Assembly (NCBI GenBank): GCA_965221905.1
Contig: OZ244922.1
Span: 2,208,001 to 2,272,000, forward strand
Direction of reading: 5' to 3'
Source: Chloroflexota bacterium
GTDB taxonomy: Bacteria > Chloroflexota > UBA11872 > VXOZ01
Length of the DNA: 64,000 bases
The position numbers were made by a program, and so were the translations under genes. Below the pieces are notes generated by a model. The model did not search any database and was not told the origin of the DNA. It saw only the letters and a program-made list of their open reading frames with translations. This document shows positions 30,881 to 41,133 of this stretch, one piece after another (the stretch's first letter is position 1; each line of letters begins with the position of its first letter).

Positions 30881-32149
30881 ATGACGACTATGCAATCCAC
30901 ACAACAACCTTACCGCTGGCAAACAACGGTTCGAATTCTTTGGATTACACAATTCGCCACTATGGCGGCGTTTGGCTCCAGCCTTACGTTCATACCCTTG
31001 TACATCCTCGAGCTTGGTATTCCGGATGCCCGCCAAGCCGCATTGTGGGCGGGGATCGTCGCGGGCGGCGCCGGCATCAGTATGGCTGTCTTTTCCCCTA
31101 TCTGGGGCATTCTCGCCGACCGCTTCGGCAAGAAGCTCATGTTAGAGCGTGCTTTCTTGGGAGCAACCGTCACCCTGCTGCTCATGGGACTCGCCCAGTC
31201 CGCACCGCAACTCTTGGTGTTGCGTGTGATCCAAGGGTCGCTGTCCGGCACTACCACCGCCATCAGCACGCTCGTCGCTTCCATCACGCCCCAGGAGCAC
31301 TTAGGGCGCGTGCTGGGATCATTGCAAATGTCGATATTTGCGGGGACGACGGTCGGCCCTTTCGTTGGCGGCGTGCTGGCTGATACCTTAGGCTACCGCG
31401 TAGCATTCATCACAACGAGTTTTGTCTGCCTTGGCGCAGGAATCGCAGTAATCACGCTGGTACACGAACCCCCACAAAAGAAGCAGCCGCCGGCGGCTTT
31501 CCGGCTGCCGCAATTCCGCAACCCTTTTGGCAACAGCATGCTCAGAACGGTCTTCATGCTAGCGCCGGCGATTTTCATAGTACAGTTTGCGTCCATGGCA
31601 GCGAGACCCATATTCCCGCTCTTCGTCGCCGAAATTGCCACGACTTCCGACATAGCTAGTTTCGCCGGACTTGAATTAGACGACTTCATAGCAACCATCG
31701 CCGGGCTTCTCATCGCCACGACCGGTGTGGTGGCGACTTTCTGCTCCTTGATAACGGGGCGATTTATCGACTCGCAGCGCGCTCGCCTGCTTCTCATCGT
31801 GGCAGTTGTCGGCAGCGCTTTGACCAATGTCGGTCACGCGCTTGTCGCATCCCTCTTGCAGCTTTGGATCGTCCGCATACTGCTCGGCACCTGCAACGGC
31901 ATTTGGGCGCCAACCTACAGCGCGACCGTCGGGCTCAGCGTGCCGTCCGAACGACGCGGGCTGGCGTTCGGCATTTCGGCCAGCGCATCCTCTTTGGGCA
32001 ACGCGTTTGGGCCCATCGTCGGAGGGTACGTGGGCGCTGTCTTCGGTATACGCGCGGTCTTTGTTGCCGCAGCCGGCGCGCTCATGTTAGCGGCCCTATG
32101 GCTCGTGCTGCGAGTAGATCACTTTTCACCACCAGATGCGGAAGACTGA
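30881..32149 (+). CDS. MFS transporter (MdtG/DHA1-like)
   Basis: WGILADRFGKK, LRVIQG, GPIVGG; start at 30881 or 30890 preferred over 30767. Confidence 0.9.
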   Translation: MTTMQSTQQPYRWQTTVRILWITQFATMAAFGSSLTFIPLYILELGIPDARQAALWAGIVAGGAGISMAVFSPIWGILADRFGKKLMLERAFLGATVTLLLMGLAQSAPQLLVLRVIQGSLSGTTTAISTLVASITPQEHLGRVLGSLQMSIFAGTTVGPFVGGVLADTLGYRVAFITTSFVCLGAGIAVITLVHEPPQKKQPPAAFRLPQFRNPFGNSMLRTVFMLAPAIFIVQFASMAARPIFPLFVAEIATTSDIASFAGLELDDFIATIAGLLIATTGVVATFCSLITGRFIDSQRARLLLIVAVVGSALTNVGHALVASLLQLWIVRILLGTCNGIWAPTYSATVGLSVPSERRGLAFGISASASSLGNAFGPIVGGYVGAVFGIRAVFVAAAGALMLAALWLVLRVDHFSPPDAED

Positions 32150-32229
32150 CCGGCCAATGCTGGCGAGGGGCCACTGTGCGCCCTGAATTCGCTTGTGAGT
32201 CACTCGGTCGCAGGCTATTACAGAGACTC

Positions 32230-32889
32230 TCAAGCCTTACGTTTGCTCAGACACGCTCTTTCGCGGGCTGCGGCAAGTTCCTGCGGTGTGTTAATATTGC
32301 TCGTGGAGGTGAGGTCAGGGTCAAAGCGTTGTACCTCAGCCACAGGAATCTTCCGCACGTGAAGTCTATCTATCAATCTTGTGAGCTTTAGGTCGCCGGC
32401 CTGAAGCATATCCGCAGCCGCGGAAAGGCAACGCCGCCGGTAGACCGTGTGCAGTGTTTCCGGTTCACGGCGGACTACCGGCGCAACAGCGTCCCACTCT
32501 TCTGTTGCGTAGTCTATGAGCGCCCGCAACAATCGTCCCTTCAGAAACGGCATGTCGCATGCTACCGCCAAGACCATTGGGGTCGATGCTGCCTGGAGGC
32601 CGCTCACAAGGCCGGTGAGGCTTGAACCCACCGGCGAGATGTCCGGCACGACGGTAAATCCCACGAGGTCTGCGCGGTTTCCGACGACGATGACTTCATC
32701 GCAAAGCGACGCGAGCACAGCGTGGACGTGATGCAGCAACGTCGTTGGACTGTTTTCGGATGGCCAAGGCAAGAGGGCCTTGTCCGCACCGAGCCTCTTG
32801 CTCTTGCCTCCCGCCAGTATAAGTCCCGTTACACCGGTAGTCGCCAAGCCAGTTGCCTCCAAGTCATTGGGGATACTCCTAGATTGCAA
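32230..32889 (-). CDS. mobA: Molybdenum cofactor guanylyltransferase
   Basis: LAGGKSKRLGADK, ACDMPF, NINTP; divergent from the FDH operon. Confidence 0.93.
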   Translation of the reverse strand: MQSRSIPNDLEATGLATTGVTGLILAGGKSKRLGADKALLPWPSENSPTTLLHHVHAVLASLCDEVIVVGNRADLVGFTVVPDISPVGSSLTGLVSGLQAASTPMVLAVACDMPFLKGRLLRALIDYATEEWDAVAPVVRREPETLHTVYRRRCLSAAADMLQAGDLKLTRLIDRLHVRKIPVAEVQRFDPDLTSTSNINTPQELAAARERACLSKRKA

Positions 32890-32987
32890 CGGCGTACGGC
32901 ACGTATCTTATTATCACACGCCGGAGACTGCGCGGCTTACACGGGTCTCACGCGCAACTGCATGACTCCTTGAATTCTCCACATTCC

Positions 32988-32996
32988 TGTTATACT
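32988..32996 (+). promoter_or_regulatory. Extended -10 promoter element upstream of the FDH operon
   Basis: TGTTATACT (TGn-TATACT) about 47 nt before ATG 33044. Confidence 0.5.
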
Positions 32997-33043
32997 GGAA
33001 AAACTGAATTGAAAGCGAGTGACAGCCTCTTAGGTTGAACGCT

Positions 33044-34951
33044 ATGGGCAAACGCAATGCAGTCCGTTTGACAGAACCCCTGGTGCGGGAAAGGGGAAGG
33101 CTCCGTCCGGCAAGCTGGGACGAAGCGCTTGATCGCGTCGCATCGGGCTTGCGTGGCGCAATCAAGAAACATGGGCCGCGCACTTTTGGGTTTTTCAGTT
33201 GCTCAAAAGCTACCAATGAGGTCAACTACCTCGCACAAAAGTTCTCGCGTGCCGTAATCGGCAGCAACAACATCGATAGTTGTAACCGCACCTGACACGC
33301 TCCCAGCGTCGTCGGTCTGGCGACAGTTTTCGGACTAGGCGGCGGGACAAGCTCATATCGCGAAATCGAAGAAACCGACGTCATCCTGCTGTGGGGATCG
33401 AACGCGCGGGATACCCATCCCATTTTCTTCCACCACCTGCTCAAAGGCGTACACAATGGCGCCAAGCTTTTTGTGATTGACCCCCGCCGCACGAGTTCTG
33501 CCGAGTGGGCAGACGTGTGGTTGGGAGTGGATGTGGGTTCAGACATCGCTCTTGCCAACGCCATGGGCAGGGAAATCATCGCGGCTGGCCTGGCAAATGA
33601 AGAGTTCATAGTTCACGCCACAAGCAACTTCGCCGCATATCAAGAGTCAGTGGAGCCGTATACGCTTGCCTATGCCGAGGAAATTACCGGCGTTCCAGCC
33701 GAAGTAATCCGCGAGACTGCCCTTGCCTACGCCAATGCCGGCCGCGCCCAAATCTGCTGGACTCTCGGTATTACTGAACATCACAACGCCGTTGACAATG
33801 TTGTAGCGATCATCAACCTTGCCTTGCTTACGGGGCACGTTGGGCGGTACGGATCGGGTATCAATCCGCTGCGGGGACAGAACAACGTGCAAGGCAGCGG
33901 GGATATGGGCGCGCTTCCCGACCGACTGCCCGGCTTTCAGCACGTCGAGAATGCGCCTTTGCGCGAGAAGTTCGAGCGCGTCTGGGGCACGCCCATTCCT
34001 GCCAAGAAGGGCTGGAACCTCACTGAGATGTTCCACGCTATGGAGCGGGGAGACTTGACCGCGCTCTACGTCCTCGGCGAGAACCCGGCACAGTCGGAGG
34101 CAGACCAGCATCGTACGATAAAACTGCTGCAAGGTCTCGACATTCTTGTGGTGCAAGACGTGCTCATGAACAAAACAGCCGAATTAGCTGACGTAGTCTT
34201 GCCCGCAGCCGCTAGTTGGTGTGAATCGGAGGGCACGGTCACCAATAGCGAAAGGCGGGTGCAACGAGTGCGCCGCGCTATGGAAGCCCCGCCTGGCGTT
34301 AGGGATGACATTACGATCCTGTGCGATGTGGCGCGGAGCTTGGACAGCGACCTGGGGCCGCCGGATGCGCAGACCATTTGGGATGAATTACGCAGCCTAA
34401 GCCCTTTTCACACCGGTATGAGCTACGAACGCATTGAGCGCATGGGGGGCATCCAGTGGCCTTGCTACGACGAATCACATCCCGGGGAACTCTATCTCCA
34501 CAGCCGACTGTGGGAAAGGCCCGTGATTGGGCCGCGAGCGCCGTTCTCTCCGGTGGCGTTCGAGCCGCCGGTAGAGCAGCTTGACGACCAATACCCCATT
34601 CGATTGACCACCGGCCGCCGCTTGGATTCCTTCAATACCGGCGTTCAGACAGCGGGCTACTCATCGCCATTGCGCCGGGGCGAGACGATAGACCTTTCTC
34701 CCGAAGACGGGCAGGGACTCGGTGTTGCGGAAGGCGAGACCGTGCGCATAAGTTCGCGCCGTGGGTCGGTGCAAGCGCCAGTCCGTTTTGATTCATCCTT
34801 GCGTCCCGGCCTCGCGTTCATGACTCCCCATTTTCCTAACGAGGTTGCAACCAATGAACTCACGATCGATGCTACCGACCCAAAGTCCGGCACCGCCGAG
34901 TTCAAAGCAACTGCAATTCGCGTAGAGAAGATCGGGGCCGCAGTCGGCTGA
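33044..34951 (+). CDS. Selenocysteine-containing formate dehydrogenase catalytic (Mo/W-bisPGD) subunit, 635 aa, lacking the N-terminal 4Fe-4S domain
   Basis: ORFs 33035-33295 and 33473-34951 are one frame separated only by TGA 33293: NNIDSCNRT-U-HAPS matches FdhF NNVDCCARV-U-HGPS; LRGQNNVQG catalytic Arg motif; LTTGR. Confidence 0.93.
33296..33335 (+). promoter_or_regulatory. Bacterial SECIS element
   Basis: TGA CAC GCT CCC AGC GTC GTC GGT CTG GCG AC: stem GTCGTC/GGCGAC around GGTCT, same register and GGUCUG as E. coli fdhF SECIS. Confidence 0.8.
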
Positions 34952-34995
34952 GACGAGGGCCCGCGCCTCCCGTCGAGCGCTCATAGGTATCGCCA

Positions 34996-36873
34996 ATGGA
35001 CCTACATCTCACCAGCGACACGCCCAACGAAGCAGAGCGATCAGCAGTTGATAGCGTGCTTGGCGCACCTGATTCAGGTTTGCCAGGCACAGAGAGTCCG
35101 GTCGATAGCGTAGGGCGCGTAAATTTAGCCGGACACGCCGCCCGAGCGAACCGGCACCTCCTGCTTCCTGTGCTGCATGCAATTCAAGAGCGCGTGGGCT
35201 GGATAAGCCCCGGCGCGCTTAATTACGCTTGTCGGCGACTGACTGTCCCGCCCACGGAAGCATATGGTGTGGCTACGTTCTACGCGCTTTTCTCGGTCCA
35301 GCCGAAGCCGCCGGTCGTCGCGCACGTTTGCGATGACATCGCGTGCATGGCAAACGGTGCGGAAGCCCTCTGTTCCGCAATGGCGGAACGCTACGGCGCT
35401 GCGGGTAGCACAGACACAGATAGCGATTTCACTTGGCACCGCAGCCCGTGCCTGGGCATGTGTGAGAGAGCGCCCGCGAGCATGATCACGACTGCCGGGG
35501 AAGTCCCGACCGCTACGGTGCTCGCGCCAACGGACGTATCGACCATTCAAGCGAGCCTTGCAGGCGAGACACACGCGGATCAAAGTACCGCTGAACCCAC
35601 TGGAGTACGCTCGGTACCGCAAGCAGGGAACAAAGAGCTTAGACTCTTGCGGCGTGTAGGCCGCATCGATCCGGACGACCTAGCAAGCTACCGCAATGCC
35701 GGTGGGTACCGGGCACTTGAACGCGCCTTGGCGATTGGGCCGGAACAGGTGGTGCGCGAGGTCGCTGCCTCCAAGCTGCTTGGTCGTGGCGGGGCGGCCT
35801 TTCCGGCAGGTGTGAAGTGGGAAGCCGTTGCCTCTGCTGAGGCCCAGCCCCACTACATGGTGTGCAACGCCGATGAATCCGAACCGGGCACCTTCAAAGA
35901 CCGGGTGGTCATGGAAGAGGACCCCTTCGCCGTGGTTGAGGCGATGACCGTCGCGGGTTTCGCAACCGGCTGTGAAAAAGGCTTCATCTACCTGCGTGGC
36001 GAGTATCCGTTAGCCCTGGAGCGCACGACAAATGCGCTCCAGCAAGCGCGCGCTTCAGGTTTGCTTGGCACAGCAATTCTTGGAAACGACGTGACCTTCG
36101 ATATAGAGATCAGGCGTGGCGCGGGAGCATACATCTGTGGCGAGGAAACCGCGCTATTCAACTCCATCGAAGGCTTTCGCGGCGAACCGCGCAACAAGCC
36201 GCCTTTCCCCACCGAGGTTGGGCTGTTCGGCAAGCCAACGCTTGTAAACAACGTCGAGACACTGATCAACGTGCTCGACGTCGTGCTAGAGGGCGGTGAC
36301 GCCTTCGCTTCAATTGGCACGGAGCACTCTACCGGCACGAAACTCTTTTGCCTCTCCGGACATGTAGCGCGTCCGGGTGTCTATGAAGTGCCGTTCGGTA
36401 CCACACTCGCCGCGCTGATCGACCTTGCCGGCGGAGTGGCCGGCAGCGGCGCACTGCAGGCAGTATTGCTGGGTGGAGCCGCCGGATCATTCCTTACTCC
36501 GCAAGAGCTGGATACACCGCTGACCTTCGAAGCGACACGCGAAATTGGCGCAACGCTCGGCTCAGGGGTTATTATGTTGTTCGACGACACTATCAATATG
36601 CAGAGCGTCCTCCTGCGTATCGCGGCCTTCTTCCGCGATGAGTCGTGCGGTCAGTGTGTGCCCTGCCGCGTGGGCACGGTGCGGCAGGAAGAGCTGCTCC
36701 ATAGACTTGTGGCCGGCAGGCCCATCGGCTCGGCAGATGAAGAGTTGCACCTTCTCAACGAAGTAGGACAAGCAATGCGTGACGCGTCTATTTGCGGTCT
36801 GGGCCAGACCGCATCGAGCGCAATCGAATCCGCTGTGGCTCGTATGGGCCAATTCAACGGAAGAAGCTACTGA
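34996..36873 (+). CDS. NuoE-NuoF-like fused diaphorase subunit (2Fe-2S, FMN/NAD, 4Fe-4S)
   Basis: CDDIAC...CLGMC; GRGGAAFP, NADESEPGTFKD, GAGAYICGEETAL, CGQCVPC...CGLG. Confidence 0.93.
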   Translation: MDLHLTSDTPNEAERSAVDSVLGAPDSGLPGTESPVDSVGRVNLAGHAARANRHLLLPVLHAIQERVGWISPGALNYACRRLTVPPTEAYGVATFYALFSVQPKPPVVAHVCDDIACMANGAEALCSAMAERYGAAGSTDTDSDFTWHRSPCLGMCERAPASMITTAGEVPTATVLAPTDVSTIQASLAGETHADQSTAEPTGVRSVPQAGNKELRLLRRVGRIDPDDLASYRNAGGYRALERALAIGPEQVVREVAASKLLGRGGAAFPAGVKWEAVASAEAQPHYMVCNADESEPGTFKDRVVMEEDPFAVVEAMTVAGFATGCEKGFIYLRGEYPLALERTTNALQQARASGLLGTAILGNDVTFDIEIRRGAGAYICGEETALFNSIEGFRGEPRNKPPFPTEVGLFGKPTLVNNVETLINVLDVVLEGGDAFASIGTEHSTGTKLFCLSGHVARPGVYEVPFGTTLAALIDLAGGVAGSGALQAVLLGGAAGSFLTPQELDTPLTFEATREIGATLGSGVIMLFDDTINMQSVLLRIAAFFRDESCGQCVPCRVGTVRQEELLHRLVAGRPIGSADEELHLLNEVGQAMRDASICGLGQTASSAIESAVARMGQFNGRSY

Positions 36874-37880
36874 TGCCCACTGACCCTGAAAATGCAGTAG
36901 AAGAGCCGACCTGGCAATTCCTCAACCCAGTGCCGCGCGGACCGCTCCCCACAATCCCCGAAAAGGCGCCGGTGTCCGAGATTGAACTAACCATTGACGG
37001 CAAAGAAACGTCGGTGCCCGCCGGCACAACGTTGCTGCAAGCGGCCCAAAGTCTTGACATTGAAACGCCGACGCTCTGCTATCTGGAAAACCTGACTCCG
37101 GTCAATGTCTGTCGCGTCTGTGTGGTGGAACTTGAAGGTTCGCGCACCCTCGTACCCGCGTGCTCGCGAAAAGTTGAGCCGGGCATGCAGGTACAGACCG
37201 ACTCTCCCCGTGTCCGGCTGAGCCGCCGCATGGTGCTGGAGTTTCTCTCGTCGTCAGTTGATGTGTCAACGGCGCCGGAACTACAGCAATTCATGGAACA
37301 GTACGAGGCACGGCCGGAGCGGTACGGTCCGCCGGGGCCGCCGGCAGCAGCCGACGAGCGTGATTCTGCCGTTCCCGGCCATCATGCGGACCCTGACGAA
37401 GACACCGCGCAAACGGTCGAGCAGCCGGTGAAAATCGACAACGAGCTCTACATTCGTGACTACAGCAAGTGCATCCTCTGCTACAAGTGCGTGGAAGCGT
37501 GCGGCGAGGATGCCCAGAATACGTTCGCTATTGCGGTGGCCGGCCGCGGCTTTGAAGCCCGTATTTCTACAGAGTATACGGTGCCCCTGCCGGATTCAGC
37601 GTGCGTCTATTGCGGAAACTGTATCGCCGTCTGCCCGACGGGCGCTCTTATGTTCCGCAGTGAGTATGACATGCGCGCTACCGGAACCTGGGACGAATCG
37701 GCACAAAGCGAAACTGATACGATTTGTTCCTATTGCGGCGTGGGCTGCTCTCTCAGTCTGCACATTCAAGATAACGAAATCGTGAAAGTCATGTCGCCGC
37801 TGGAGAGTGAGGTCACCCAAGGGAATCTCTGCATTAAGGGACGGTTTGGCTGGCAGTTCATGCAACAGCCGAAGAAGTAA
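36873..37880 (+). CDS. Iron-sulfur subunit (NuoG/FdsA N-terminal-like: 2Fe-2S, two 4Fe-4S, plus C-terminal Mo-proximal 4Fe-4S domain)
   Basis: TGATG overlap at 36871-36875; PTLC..CRVC..PAC; CILCYKC; CVYCGNC..CP; TICSYCGVGC...LCIKGRFG. Confidence 0.92.
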   Translation: MPTDPENAVEEPTWQFLNPVPRGPLPTIPEKAPVSEIELTIDGKETSVPAGTTLLQAAQSLDIETPTLCYLENLTPVNVCRVCVVELEGSRTLVPACSRKVEPGMQVQTDSPRVRLSRRMVLEFLSSSVDVSTAPELQQFMEQYEARPERYGPPGPPAAADERDSAVPGHHADPDEDTAQTVEQPVKIDNELYIRDYSKCILCYKCVEACGEDAQNTFAIAVAGRGFEARISTEYTVPLPDSACVYCGNCIAVCPTGALMFRSEYDMRATGTWDESAQSETDTICSYCGVGCSLSLHIQDNEIVKVMSPLESEVTQGNLCIKGRFGWQFMQQPKK

Positions 37881-37947
37881 GGCGTGCTTCAACCCTAAAC
37901 GTGGTCGACCGACGTAGAGCAGGCAGCAGACAATGCCTACCCTGAAG

Positions 37948-38781
37948 CTAAGGCGCTATACGCTCCGCTCCGGTGTACACGTTCATCGAGTTTTCGCGGA
38001 GAAAACCTACCAGTGTCATGCCTGAGTCAGCCGCCAGTTCCACGGCCAGGCTTGAAGGCGCTCCCACCGCGGCGACAACGGGCACACTCGCCATGAGGCA
38101 TTTCTGGACGATTTCAAAGCCCGCCCGGCCGCTAACGAGCACAATGCCGTCCTCAAGGGGAAGCAGTTCTTGGAACAGCGCTGCCCCTATCATCTTGTCC
38201 ACAGCGTTGTGGCGTCCGACGTCCTCCCGGAGCAAAATGAGTTCGCCCGCTGCATCAAAGAGCCCGGCAGCATGCAGAGCCCCGGTCCGATCAAAGGTGT
38301 CCTGCGCCGCGCGAAGCACAGCCGGCAGGCGATTGAGCACTCCCGGCGCGACACTGATCTCGCTCTGGATCGGTTCTGCTGCCAGTCGTACGGCGTCGAT
38401 GCTCGCTTTGCCACAGATACCGCAGCTCGAACTCGCCGAGAAGTTCCGCTGCCATCCTTCTTCCAAGAGGTTGCCCGTGCCATTGACGTAAGCCAAGACG
38501 ATGTTGTCGCGCTCTTCCTCCGTCTTACCGGGGCAATGACCGACCGACAGCAAAGCAGACGGCTCCGAGATTAGTCGTTCCGTCCACAGGAAGCCGGCGG
38601 CCAATTCCTCGTCGTTACCCGGCGTGCGCATCGTGACCGCAATGCTCTGCCCGTTCACCCGTATTTCCAGCGGCTCCTCGCGTGCCAATACGTCCGGGCT
38701 ATGCTGTACGCCCTCGGCGGACACTCTCGTTACCACCCACGAAGAAGTGGGCGCTTGCTTTTCAAGTTCCGTCCGTGCCAC
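37948..38781 (-). CDS. fdhD: Formate dehydrogenase accessory sulfurtransferase
   Basis: EEPLEI, TMRTPG, SSCGICG, REDVGRHNAVDK, APSSLA; GTG 38781 after AGGAG. Confidence 0.95.
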   Translation of the reverse strand: MARTELEKQAPTSSWVVTRVSAEGVQHSPDVLAREEPLEIRVNGQSIAVTMRTPGNDEELAAGFLWTERLISEPSALLSVGHCPGKTEEERDNIVLAYVNGTGNLLEEGWQRNFSASSSCGICGKASIDAVRLAAEPIQSEISVAPGVLNRLPAVLRAAQDTFDRTGALHAAGLFDAAGELILLREDVGRHNAVDKMIGAALFQELLPLEDGIVLVSGRAGFEIVQKCLMASVPVVAAVGAPSSLAVELAADSGMTLVGFLRENSMNVYTGAERIAP

Positions 38782-38979
38782 TAAGAGTCTCCTACTCCAA
38801 CGCACAACCCTAAAGCATGCCAACGTGGTCAGAGGCGCAAGTGCGGACTGACTTATGCACAGTTCCCCTATACACTATCCCATCAACCGGAGTCTCGCTA
38901 GTCCAATGTGCTATGCTGCAATCATCCAACCGCAAGGCGATTGGTTAACCTGAAGTCCGCTAACACTACCGGAATTGGC

Positions 38980-41133
38980 ATGGCACTAACGCAGATCAAC
39001 GGCCGCGTATATGATGCGGCATCGAATCGAGGGATCAAGGGAGTTTCGGTCTCTAACGGTGATGCCATTGCCCAGACAGATGCAGATGGCTGTTATTTCC
39101 TAGCTATCGAGCCTCAGCAAGACCGCTACGTCTTTATCTCGGTCCCTGAGGGCTACCGACCGCAAGAGCGCTTCTATGCGCTTATTGGCGACGAACCGTT
39201 CCGGGAGTCCCTCGACTTTCCCTTGATCCCTGCCCCGGAGCGGGCGCAGGACACGTTCCGTTTGGCCCATGTGTCCGATACCCACGTCGTTAATGACGAC
39301 AGCGGCGCGGTTTCGCAAGAGGTACTGGCGCAAGACCTCAAAGAACTCGTAGCAAGTACGGCGCCCGACTTGGTCGTGGTGACGGGCGACTTGACCAATA
39401 TGGGCACCGTTCCAGAATTGGAGAGCTACCGCGCGGCTATCGATTCCGTGCCCATGCCGGTGTTCTCGGTCTTCGGCGGGCATGACGGCAATATCGAACG
39501 CCGGTCAACCGCTGCGGATGCGCCGTGCACCCGCAATTTCGAAGCCACCCTGGGCCCAACCTACTATAGCTTCGATTGGGGTGGGTATCACTTCGTGATA
39601 TACGCGACCGAAGAGAGTTACTTTTCAGCCGCCGACCGCGCCCGCAAAGAGCGCTGGCTTGAGGCAGACCTTGCCCTGCAGGCGAGCGAGCGCCAGTCTG
39701 TGCTCTTGCTGCATACGGCGCCGGACGAGGGCTTGCTGGCGAAGTTTAGGCGGCACAATGGCGCGCTCGTCCTCCACGGCCATTGGCACTCCAGCAGAGT
39801 CTTCAATTTCGGCGAAACTGTTGTTGCCTCATCCTCGTCATTTTGCTTTGGCGGCATTGATACGCGGCCGCGGGGTAGTCGTATCGTTTCATTTTCTCCG
39901 CAAGGCATCCGGACGGCATTGCACGCTCGGGTTAGCACAGCCAATGACAAGAGCGAATCACACTATGCGACCCACCCGCAACCTGCCGACCAAGCGCCGG
40001 CACGAGTGACGCTTGGCGAGCAAACCCTCTCCCTTGCTTGGAAACACGAATTCGAGAGCCCGCTGCATCGCGCTGCGCCGGTCTATTTCAAGGGCAGCGT
40101 GCTTGTCAGCCTGCAGAGTGAGAGCTATCCCAGTCGCAGCGGCATTGCGTGTATAGACCTTGAGAACGGCGCAGAACGGTGGCACTACCCGACAGACGCG
40201 GCGATCAAGAATAGCTGCGCGGTTGTTGCAGGAAACGAAAAGAACTGGTGTGCAGCCCTAACCGTCACGGGCCAACTTCATCTCATCGACTTGGCGTCCG
40301 GAGATTGCGCGTGGACAGTCGAAATTCCCGCACACCCGCTGCGGTGGGTATACTCATCGCCTGCCCAAAATGGCAAGTCAATCTTTGCAGGATCGAAGGC
40401 GGGCTACGGCGCTTACGGGTTGGAAACCGGTAAGCAAGAATGGTACGTCGCACCGTCAGGCGGCGATGAATGGCCCTCCTACATTTGTCCCCAGATCTAC
40501 AAGAATGACCTTTGTATCGTGCTCGTGCAGCGCCGCGGTTTTCTCGCGCTAGACATGAGTGACGGAAGAATTGTCTGGGAACAAGACTTGCCGGTAGAGT
40601 ACTTCTGCGCCTCGCCGGTGCTTGCGGGCGATCTGGTCGTGGTTGGTCCTGCATCGCCTCATACGGGGGCAAGTCTAACGGGAGGTCAGCAGGGAGACCT
40701 CGCCGTGCTTGAAGCGGCTACGGGGGAAATCGTTGCTCACTATCCGCGAGCATTACCGGGATACGCCACAGGAATCTCGGTCGCAGAGGGCCGCATCTAT
40801 GCTGCCACCGCCGCGGGCTCCGTACACTGCCACGATTTGCATACGGGCACGCTGCTTTGGCAGTTTCAGTCCGGTGACGACTTACTGGATATGACACCGT
40901 ACCGGCGCGCAGTCCAGTCGTTGCTTGCCGCGCCTGTGCCATTGCACGGACACGTCCTCGTTGGAGGCTGCGACGGCTGGCTCTATGTGCTGGACAGTAC
41001 GACCGGCGCCTGCACCGACCGCGTTAACCTAGGTGCGCCGATCACGGCGCCGCCGTGCATTACGCCGGATGGATTCTGCGTAGGCACCTACGCTGGAACG
41101 CTGTATTCTTATCGTTCCGAACGTAAGCCCTAA
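38980..41133 (+). CDS. Calcineurin-like metallophosphoesterase fused to PQQ/BamB-like beta-propeller
   Basis: GVSVSNG N-domain, SDTH, TGDL, GGHD, HGHWH, then W-ended propeller repeats. Confidence 0.85.
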   Translation: MALTQINGRVYDAASNRGIKGVSVSNGDAIAQTDADGCYFLAIEPQQDRYVFISVPEGYRPQERFYALIGDEPFRESLDFPLIPAPERAQDTFRLAHVSDTHVVNDDSGAVSQEVLAQDLKELVASTAPDLVVVTGDLTNMGTVPELESYRAAIDSVPMPVFSVFGGHDGNIERRSTAADAPCTRNFEATLGPTYYSFDWGGYHFVIYATEESYFSAADRARKERWLEADLALQASERQSVLLLHTAPDEGLLAKFRRHNGALVLHGHWHSSRVFNFGETVVASSSSFCFGGIDTRPRGSRIVSFSPQGIRTALHARVSTANDKSESHYATHPQPADQAPARVTLGEQTLSLAWKHEFESPLHRAAPVYFKGSVLVSLQSESYPSRSGIACIDLENGAERWHYPTDAAIKNSCAVVAGNEKNWCAALTVTGQLHLIDLASGDCAWTVEIPAHPLRWVYSSPAQNGKSIFAGSKAGYGAYGLETGKQEWYVAPSGGDEWPSYICPQIYKNDLCIVLVQRRGFLALDMSDGRIVWEQDLPVEYFCASPVLAGDLVVVGPASPHTGASLTGGQQGDLAVLEAATGEIVAHYPRALPGYATGISVAEGRIYAATAAGSVHCHDLHTGTLLWQFQSGDDLLDMTPYRRAVQSLLAAPVPLHGHVLVGGCDGWLYVLDSTTGACTDRVNLGAPITAPPCITPDGFCVGTYAGTLYSYRSERKP

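Noticed and set aside
33035-33295. 86-aa ORF as a separate gene or FDH pseudogene
   Set aside because: The TGA sits at the catalytic Sec position with a SECIS, and the frame continues intact.
36792-36872. Upstream start of the Fe-S subunit
   Set aside because: TGATG coupling at 36871-36875 gives the likelier start.
34996-36873. Respiratory complex I nuoEF
   Set aside because: No other nuo genes; context is an FDH operon, so it is a diaphorase module.
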